From: an uncultured virus (IMG/VR IMGVR_UViG_3300034355_000834)
Lineage: Duplodnaviria; Heunggongvirae; Uroviricota; Caudoviricetes
Virus record (IMG/VR): IMGVR_UViG_3300034355_000834
Reading direction: 5' to 3' (one strand)
Length of the DNA: 64,000 bases
The notes beneath the pieces were generated by a model, which saw only the letters and a program-made list of their open reading frames with translations, made no database searches and had not been told where the DNA came from. Shown in pieces: positions 57,692-64,000 of the stretch; positions within the stretch are counted from its first letter, which is position 1; every line of letters begins with the position of its first letter. A program made the position numbers and the translations under genes.

Positions 57692-59041
57692 ATGTTGATT
57701 AATAAATCATACAAAATCAGAGCATATCCCACTTACGAGCAAAAAAGATTATTTGCTCGGACCGAAGGCGCTTGCCGGTGGGTATATAATCGCGGTCTGT
57801 ATGAGATGTCTGAATCATATCGACAAAAGAAACGAGGCGAACGAGAAAAATCACTATCAATCAATGATATCAGCAAAGCACTAACTAATTGGAAGAAAGA
57901 AGAAGATACCGCTTGGTTGGGTGAAGTATCAAGTGTTGCATTATCGCAATCACTCCAAAACCTTAAAACTGCTTTTGATCGCTTTTATAAAAAAATCAGT
58001 GGATACCCGAAATATCATAAAAGATTCACTGCTTGCGCAATAAGATTTCATTTAGCGGGCAACAGATGTCCAAAAATGGTGACTAAATGGCACAATAAAC
58101 AAGTCCAACTTCCATCAATTGGCAACATTAAAATTGCTCAACCGGAACGATTACCAAATCAATACCCCAAAATGATCACGATGAGTCGTGATGCATGTGG
58201 CAGATATTTTATATCTTTTATGGTAGAAGTGGAACAACAAACATTATCACCTAACGATTCAATTGTTGGCGTTGATTTAGGAGTAAAAACCTTAGCAGTT
58301 TACTCAACCGGTGAGCAAGTAAAAGCACACCAAGCACTGAAGAAATTACAAAGAAGATTGAAGCACTTGCAGAGATGTTTAAGTCGCAAAGTTGGTAGTA
58401 AAAAAGGTCAAGTAAAATCAAATAGATATAAAAAGCAACAAGCACGAGTAAACCGAGTTCATTGCAGAATAAGCGACTCCCGACATGATAGCCAACACAA
58501 ATTAACACATGATTTAACTTATCGCTTCGGCATAATATGTCTTGAGGACTTGAACGTCAAAGGTATGATGACTCGTGCCAAGAACAAAAATGTTGCGCAA
58601 AAGCGAGGATTAAATAGAGGCATCGCTAATGCCGGCTTTGGTGAAATACGCAGACAAATAGAATACAAAGCTAAATGGCGTGGTCGTGAAGTATTTTATG
58701 CTAACAGATGGGCACCAACAAGTCGGACTTGCAATGAATGCGGTACCTATCAACAAGAATTTAATTTATCCATGCGTGAATGGACGTGTCCAGATTGCGG
58801 CACACATCACGATAGAGATTTGAACGCGACAAAAAATATTGTTGTGTTCGCTACGGGGCTTGCTCCGGAAGCTATGGTCGGGCAGACCAAAAGTAATGCA
58901 CGTGGAGGTATAAAAAGACTCAATGCCAGTGGTAATTTTACCACTGAAACAACTGAGATATCTATGAAGCGTGAACCCAAGAAGTTTTATCAAATCAACG
59001 AGGTCTTACCAAACGAGGTAGGACACCGAGGCTTGGTATGA
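57692..59041 (+). CDS. tnpB: TnpB-family RNA-guided endonuclease (no TnpA nearby)
   Basis: YKIRAYPT..GACRWVYN; GVDLG, EDLNV, DRDLNA; CNEC..CPDC; omegaRNA-like 3' strings aatgcacgtggag..atgaagcgtgaa. Confidence 0.92.
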   Translation: MLINKSYKIRAYPTYEQKRLFARTEGACRWVYNRGLYEMSESYRQKKRGEREKSLSINDISKALTNWKKEEDTAWLGEVSSVALSQSLQNLKTAFDRFYKKISGYPKYHKRFTACAIRFHLAGNRCPKMVTKWHNKQVQLPSIGNIKIAQPERLPNQYPKMITMSRDACGRYFISFMVEVEQQTLSPNDSIVGVDLGVKTLAVYSTGEQVKAHQALKKLQRRLKHLQRCLSRKVGSKKGQVKSNRYKKQQARVNRVHCRISDSRHDSQHKLTHDLTYRFGIICLEDLNVKGMMTRAKNKNVAQKRGLNRGIANAGFGEIRRQIEYKAKWRGREVFYANRWAPTSRTCNECGTYQQEFNLSMREWTCPDCGTHHDRDLNATKNIVVFATGLAPEAMVGQTKSNARGGIKRLNASGNFTTETTEISMKREPKKFYQINEVLPNEVGHRGLV

Positions 59042-59454
59042 CAGGCGGGGATGCCATTAGTTCTAAATCATTTTCTGATTTGGCTATAGGATTGAACGTA
59101 TTGGCTGGCGAGAGCGGCATGGTTGATATTGGAAAACTCGAAAGTGCTATCGCATCGTCAGATTATTATTCTTCGTTTGAAGACAAAGTTGCTTCCATTA
59201 TCAGAAGCATGATAAAAAATCATGCCTTTAGGGACGGCAACAAAAGAACTGCGGTTATTGTGTTTAGATTGTTGGTGGCTCATTCCAGGAGAATGATGAA
59301 TTTTAGTAACAAGGAATTAATTGATTTGTTTGCTGACATAGCGGCGAACCATTATTCTGTTGAGGAAATACGAGATAAAATTTTCAAAAACATATCGGAA
59401 GATTGTATACGACATTGGCTTGATGTAATTAAGAGGGGAGAACACCAATCATGA
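59038..59454 (+). CDS. Fic/Doc family protein
   Basis: HAFRDGNKRTA motif. Confidence 0.85.
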   Translation: MTGGDAISSKSFSDLAIGLNVLAGESGMVDIGKLESAIASSDYYSSFEDKVASIIRSMIKNHAFRDGNKRTAVIVFRLLVAHSRRMMNFSNKELIDLFADIAANHYSVEEIRDKIFKNISEDCIRHWLDVIKRGEHQS

Positions 59455-59656
59455 AAACCATAGTCGCATTATTATTGACAGTAGCATTGACTGCTTGCAC
59501 CATTGGACGCGCACCGTGTCTACACAATAAGAATTTGCCGAAAGGTCGGCAATGTGATGAATTTTTACTTTGAACTTTTTTCTTGAATACAAGGCAAAAA
59601 TGATAGATAATAGTCACTCTACCTAGCGTAGAGTTTTTAATAATAAAGGAGATTAA

Positions 59657-60211
59657 ATGAAAAAGAGTGTATACGTAATGCTAGCTATGTTTGTTGCCAG
59701 TTCGGTATCTGCTGCGGAAAATCCTGCGAAGCAGATTAAGAAGCAAATGTGTTTTGAGAGCTATCCTCGTGTGACCTATGATGCGAATGGTACTCATGAG
59801 TGGACAATCAATGAAGTAATCAGTACGCCAGAGGTTTACAAGACCTATAAGTTTATTACTGCTAATAAGATTAAGACAGGCGAGGAGGTTATCTTTGACT
59901 TCAATGGTATTTCTCGGCAATACACCAAGGTTATTAACGTCAGTGGTTCTGGTTTTTACAATGCAGAAGATGGTTGGACTCTGAATGTAAATGGTTCTAC
60001 CAAGTTGAGCCCTCGTTATTCTGTGAACAACAGTGTTTACGCTACTACATTAGCTACTTGGGATATGTACTCCAACATCAATCAACCAGGTGTGGGTGGA
60101 GGTTTTCTTAAATTTGAGAATAGTGCCAACAATGATGAATCTTATGAAGTCAGTGTAGTCAAGGTTATTGATTGCAAGGATTTCAATCGCAATACACCTT
60201 CTGTTCAATAA
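59657..60211 (+). CDS. secreted hypothetical protein
   Basis: signal peptide; AAGGAG SD. Confidence 0.65.
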   Translation: MKKSVYVMLAMFVASSVSAAENPAKQIKKQMCFESYPRVTYDANGTHEWTINEVISTPEVYKTYKFITANKIKTGEEVIFDFNGISRQYTKVINVSGSGFYNAEDGWTLNVNGSTKLSPRYSVNNSVYATTLATWDMYSNINQPGVGGGFLKFENSANNDESYEVSVVKVIDCKDFNRNTPSVQ

Positions 60212-60223
60212 TAGGAGTTTACA

Positions 60224-60436
60224 ATGAACGTATATACATTATTTGGTTCAACGCCGGCGCAAGGCGTGAACACTCTATTGGGTGTTTTTGATAGTCAGAC
60301 TAAGGCTGTTGAGGCTTCATCTACTATTCCGAAAGGCACTTATGCTCAATATTATGTTGCGCCTTATGTGCTTAATCAATTGAAAGCAACCTATTCTCAC
60401 TCAGATTTGGTATTCTTTACACCAGAAGGTCATTGA
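60224..60436 (+). CDS. hypothetical protein
   Basis: AGGAG SD; LLGVFDS..KA. Confidence 0.6.
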   Translation: MNVYTLFGSTPAQGVNTLLGVFDSQTKAVEASSTIPKGTYAQYYVAPYVLNQLKATYSHSDLVFFTPEGH

Positions 60437-60445
60437 GATTAAAAT

Positions 60446-60622
60446 ATGAAAGGAAGTAAACATCGTGATCCGTTGAAAACCAAGACGGGAAAGACTCGGC
60501 TTGGTCCATTGTCAATCACTCAGCTTGAAGACCTGATTGAAAAAACTTCTTCTAAGAAGATTAAGGGTAAGTTCAATCAACGATTGGATCAGCTAAAAAG
60601 TCGGTTGACAGTAGTAAAATAA
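60446..60622 (+). CDS. small basic protein (not in the ORF track)
   Basis: hand translation MKGSKHRDPLKTKTGKTRLGPLS.. Confidence 0.5.
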   Translation: MKGSKHRDPLKTKTGKTRLGPLSITQLEDLIEKTSSKKIKGKFNQRLDQLKSRLTVVK

Positions 60623-60689
60623 TGTGATATAGTATGATACGCATAAATTGTGCGTATCATATTTAATCTTAACTAAGAGGGAAAGTAAC

Positions 60690-60851
60690 ATGTCAGGAAC
60701 AGTGATTAAGAAATGTGGTTGCAAGGGTGATCCGTCTCATGCAAGCGATTATCAGAATAAGAAATACGGAGAAGGTATGCGAGTAATGTCTTTGGATCAA
60801 AAGAAGACTTCAGCAACGTGTAGTGTTTGTGGCAAAAATATTAAGGTATAA
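60690..60851 (+). CDS. small Cys-containing protein
   Basis: CGC..H..YQ..YG.G.RV..CSVCG. Confidence 0.6.
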   Translation: MSGTVIKKCGCKGDPSHASDYQNKKYGEGMRVMSLDQKKTSATCSVCGKNIKV

Positions 60852-60855
60852 CATT

Positions 60856-61149
60856 ATGGAAATTCGTAGGCCAAGTAGAACTGAATCGGTTGACATTGAA
60901 CAATGTTTGGAACGGTTTGAAAATATGTATGAACTGATCTTAACTGCCGCTCGTCGTACTCGGTCACTGCAACGACATTCTGATCCATGGGGATTGCCAG
61001 TTACTCCGATTGATGCGTTGCTTGAAGCTCAAGAGGGTAGACTCAAGAGCGAAGATTATTTGGACAAGAAGGACTCTATTTCTCCTGAAGAATGGTATCG
61101 TCGTCGTATGATGAATGTAAAAAATCGTCATACTTTTAGTTTTGGTTAA
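60856..61149 (+). CDS. RNA polymerase omega subunit-like protein
   Basis: NMYELILTAARR.R.L..P..ALLE..EG. Confidence 0.65.
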   Translation: MEIRRPSRTESVDIEQCLERFENMYELILTAARRTRSLQRHSDPWGLPVTPIDALLEAQEGRLKSEDYLDKKDSISPEEWYRRRMMNVKNRHTFSFG

Positions 61150-61259
61150 GAATTGAATGGTCGCCTCGTTCTTTATTGAGCGGGGCGATTTGCTTTTTAA
61201 AAAAGTTTACGCTTGAGGAGTGATTGCGTAAATAGATTTGCGAATCATAGGAGAAATGA

Positions 61260-61877
61260 ATGAGTCATTGTAAAATAACAAACAATTCTACGGAACGTGA
61301 TAGAGTTGTACATCCATTTTGCTTTATTAAAGAATTATTCAATAAAGAAGAAATTGGAAAGATTTTTGAATACACTAAGACATTAGAAACAGAAGATTCT
61401 TATGTCGGTAGTGGTGCCGGTGGGGAAGTAAATGTTGGAATTAGAAATTCCAAAACACGGTTTTTTATGCCGAACGAAGAGTCCGGTTGGATTTTTGAGA
61501 AGATCAATAATGGTGTAGAATACATCAATGATCACTTTTATAATTTTGATTTATATGGTTATGACAGCATTCAATATACCGCTTATTCTGGCGAACGGAG
61601 TTCATTTTATAATTGGCACGTGGATGCCTTTTTTGGTGGTCTCACTGAACATCACAGAAAATTATCTATTGTCGTAATGCTATCTGAGCAAGATAAAGAT
61701 TTCTTTGGTGGTGATTTTCAAATTACACAAGGAGATCAAGACGATCCTCAGACAATTAAATTTCAACCGGGCATGATGATTGCATTCCCATCGTATACCA
61801 TGCATCGGGTTACGCCAGTTGTTAGAGGTATGCGTCAAACACTGGTTACTTGGGTAACTGGTCCAAAATTTAGGTAA
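61260..61877 (+). CDS. 2OG-Fe(II) oxygenase
   Basis: YNWHVD, RKLS, GGDF, FPSY..HRVTPV.RG.R..LVTW. Confidence 0.9.
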   Translation: MSHCKITNNSTERDRVVHPFCFIKELFNKEEIGKIFEYTKTLETEDSYVGSGAGGEVNVGIRNSKTRFFMPNEESGWIFEKINNGVEYINDHFYNFDLYGYDSIQYTAYSGERSSFYNWHVDAFFGGLTEHHRKLSIVVMLSEQDKDFFGGDFQITQGDQDDPQTIKFQPGMMIAFPSYTMHRVTPVVRGMRQTLVTWVTGPKFR

Positions 61878-61882
61878 TCATT

Positions 61883-62539
61883 ATGTCATCATTAGAAGAA
61901 AAAGGCTATTTAGAAGTAAAACAAATTATTCCAGTTGAGATTTGTCAACTGTTTACGCAATATGCGTTGATGCGTGAGCGATTCAATTTTAAGCCAGAGA
62001 AAAAAGATCAGCAGATTCCTGGTCAGCATTCTGTTTATGGTGATTCATTTGCGGAAACATTAGCGATGTTTTTACAACCGCATATTGAAAGGGAAACCGA
62101 ATTAGAATTGGCTCCGACTTATACCTATTATAGAGTATATCGTCCTGGTGCAAATCTTAAACGGCACAAAGATCGTCCGAGTTGTCAGATATCTGCCACT
62201 GTGTGTTTTGGATTTGAATACTTCGGAATGGACGAAGATTATAGTTGGGAAGTGTTCGTTGATCCTGAATCAGTTAATAAGAAGAAGCCAGACGATGAAT
62301 TTAATCGGATTGGTGAATATTTATCTTATGGCAATCCCGGAATTGGCTATCGTCAGTCGCCGGGTGATGCTATCATTTATAAGGGATGCGAAATTGAGCA
62401 TTGGAGAGAACCGTTCAATGCTGGAGAAGGTAGCTATCAAGTGCAAGTATTCTTCCATTATATTGATAAGAATGGTCCATTCTATCCACAGCATCAATAC
62501 GATGGTAGAATCTTTATGGGGTCGGGCAGCAAGATATAG
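61883..62539 (+). CDS. 2OG-Fe(II) oxygenase-like protein
   Basis: [28 protein letters not shown]. Confidence 0.8.
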   Translation: MSSLEEKGYLEVKQIIPVEICQLFTQYALMRERFNFKPEKKDQQIPGQHSVYGDSFAETLAMFLQPHIERETELELAPTYTYYRVYRPGANLKRHKDRPSCQISATVCFGFEYFGMDEDYSWEVFVDPESVNKKKPDDEFNRIGEYLSYGNPGIGYRQSPGDAIIYKGCEIEHWREPFNAGEGSYQVQVFFHYIDKNGPFYPQHQYDGRIFMGSGSKI

Positions 62540-62550
62540 GAGAAAACAGT

Positions 62551-62832
62551 ATGTCAGAAAATCAAATAATCAGAGCCAGCCATATTTTGGTTGATACAGC
62601 TAAACAAGCTGAAGCGATTAAAGAAAAATTGGCAGCGGGCCAAGATTTTGCTGCATTGGCGCGAACAAGTAGTTTATGCCCAAGTAAGGCGAATGGCGGT
62701 GATTTGGGTCAATTTGGTCCTGGTCGTATGGTTAAGCCATTTGAAGATGCGGTATTCAAATTGAAAGTGGGTGATATTAGCGAACCGATCCCAACAGGGT
62801 TTGGTTATCATATTGTCCTTAGAACAGAATGA
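62551..62832 (+). CDS. ppiC: parvulin peptidyl-prolyl isomerase
   Basis: RASHILV, FAALA..S.CPS..GGDLG.F..G.MV.PFE, T.FGYHI. Confidence 0.92.
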   Translation: MSENQIIRASHILVDTAKQAEAIKEKLAAGQDFAALARTSSLCPSKANGGDLGQFGPGRMVKPFEDAVFKLKVGDISEPIPTGFGYHIVLRTE

Positions 62833-63437
62833 AAATCGTTGATATTATTAGAAAAAATTTTTTGGTAGAAGAACGAGTCTTAAAACAATCAAGACTGCCA
62901 GCATGGTTGGGCGGAGGAACAATTAAATTGTCATATGAGATAGACGACAAAGATGGATCATTGATAAAATTTTCATATGTTTATGCCAACACTCGTTTTT
63001 GCAACGTAGATAATGGAAGAGTTGTTGGAGTTGATTCGGCTCATCCTTCTCATCGTTCTTCTCCTCATATTCATTTATGTGGGATTACAAAAGATTTGCC
63101 TTCTAACCTAACATTGTTTCAAATAAAAGACATTTTTTTCAACGAGGTAGAAAAAGTGATGCTTGAAAAAGTAATAAAGCCCAAAATAGAGCAAGATGGA
63201 GTATTATACGAATCTATCATAGATGTTCCCGAAATCATGAAATTTTCTCAAGATACAGAAATTCTATTAAAACGTGCTGAACAAGCAAGAATAAAAGGAG
63301 AAAAATTATATTCTGGGTTGCCTCTTACAATTGACGACATAGGAAACAATGAATTGTATAATATGTATGTTAAGTTAGGAGATTATAAAAAAGCAAAACT
63401 AGAATATGATCGGTTAAATGGAGAAAATCATGACTAA
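62829..63437 (+). CDS. tagged protein (MKIVDII..LVEE), possibly DUF6516/TumE-like
   Basis: [17 protein letters not shown]. Confidence 0.5.
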   Translation: MKIVDIIRKNFLVEERVLKQSRLPAWLGGGTIKLSYEIDDKDGSLIKFSYVYANTRFCNVDNGRVVGVDSAHPSHRSSPHIHLCGITKDLPSNLTLFQIKDIFFNEVEKVMLEKVIKPKIEQDGVLYESIIDVPEIMKFSQDTEILLKRAEQARIKGEKLYSGLPLTIDDIGNNELYNMYVKLGDYKKAKLEYDRLNGENHD

Positions 63438-63581
63438 ATTAACAGATGTATTGAAAGCTGCATTGGTTCAGAAAGAAAGCAAGTCAGCACCAAAGGCTAA
63501 AAAATCTTCCGAAGAGAAGGTAAAAGATAAATCAGTAATTAGCACCAAACCTGTTAAAAAAGCGGCTGGTCGTGGTCGTTG

Positions 63582-63962
63582 ATGAAGTTTGAAGATTATC
63601 GTTCAATGGTCTTAACTGAATCATTGAACGATCAAATCAACGAGATGGCTCGAATTGGGCCACAACACCATGGTATTCCTAATGTAGTAATATATGCTGG
63701 TGAAACAAATAAGCGGCATGGATTGCGAGTAAAGATTTCAAAATTCAAGAACAAATGGGTAAAAGGCGATGAAAATAATTTCATCATTCAAATGCCCAGT
63801 CTTGATTATGATCCACAAGATGTTCCGCGTTGGATTGATAAAAACACCATGGCAAAAATTTTAGGTTGGATTAAATTGAATCAACAACAATTATATGATT
63901 TTGAAATTGGTAAAATAATGTATGCCGATGATTTTTATGCTAAAATCTCAAAGTATTCATAA
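63582..63962 (+). CDS. DUF4160-like protein, paralog 4
   Basis: INEMAR..HGIPNVVIY.G..HGLRVKIS; C-terminal half nearly matches 47797. Confidence 0.6.
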   Translation: MKFEDYRSMVLTESLNDQINEMARIGPQHHGIPNVVIYAGETNKRHGLRVKISKFKNKWVKGDENNFIIQMPSLDYDPQDVPRWIDKNTMAKILGWIKLNQQQLYDFEIGKIMYADDFYAKISKYS

Positions 63963-64000
63963 TCAGTCAGATTTAGCAACTGGCTCTACTTGGTTCAAGG

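Noticed and set aside
734..59920. Numerous short minus-strand ORFs in the track
   Set aside because: Shadows of well-supported + strand genes; only 40888, 41466 and 45009 have coding support
1..64000. Stop-codon reassignment
   Set aside because: Conserved genes (metK, rnh, polB parts) are intact in the standard code and no suppressor tRNA was seen

Overview
64 kb of an AT-rich, gene-dense, mostly + strand genome that looks like a large T4-like or jumbo myophage. The standard genetic code fits, and the host is probably a proteobacterium (inference from the OprI-like lipoprotein and RpoZ-like gene). All calls are by-eye motif recognition; no searches were run. Contents: (1) A replication module whose family-B DNA polymerase is interrupted three ways: split into two genes around a free-standing HNH endonuclease, a group I intron with its own HNH ORF in motif B, and a mini-intein at YGDTD. 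(2) Inside that module, a glycosyltransferase plus NDP-sugar C-methyltransferase, cupin, SDR, UDP-glucose dehydrogenase and epimerase, with PRTase and MetK nearby; this is a candidate new DNA hypermodification pathway. (3) About 20 genes sharing an N-terminal MKIxEI/MRAxEF tag and L/I-x-E linkers, including a 1872-aa polyvalent protein; these look like packaged, protease-processed effectors. (4) A circularly permuted two-piece tmRNA, four tRNA or tRNA-like genes (two with body/anticodon mismatch) and several structured RNA candidates. (5) Two TnpB genes without a transposase, two copies of a ~400-bp ORF-less IS200/IS605-type element, and five homing endonucleases. (6) Auxiliary genes: PlcP/Agt-like pair, PMM-like HAD, Dps, BFD-like, 2OG-Fe(II) oxygenases, parvulin, RpoZ-like and Fic/Doc.
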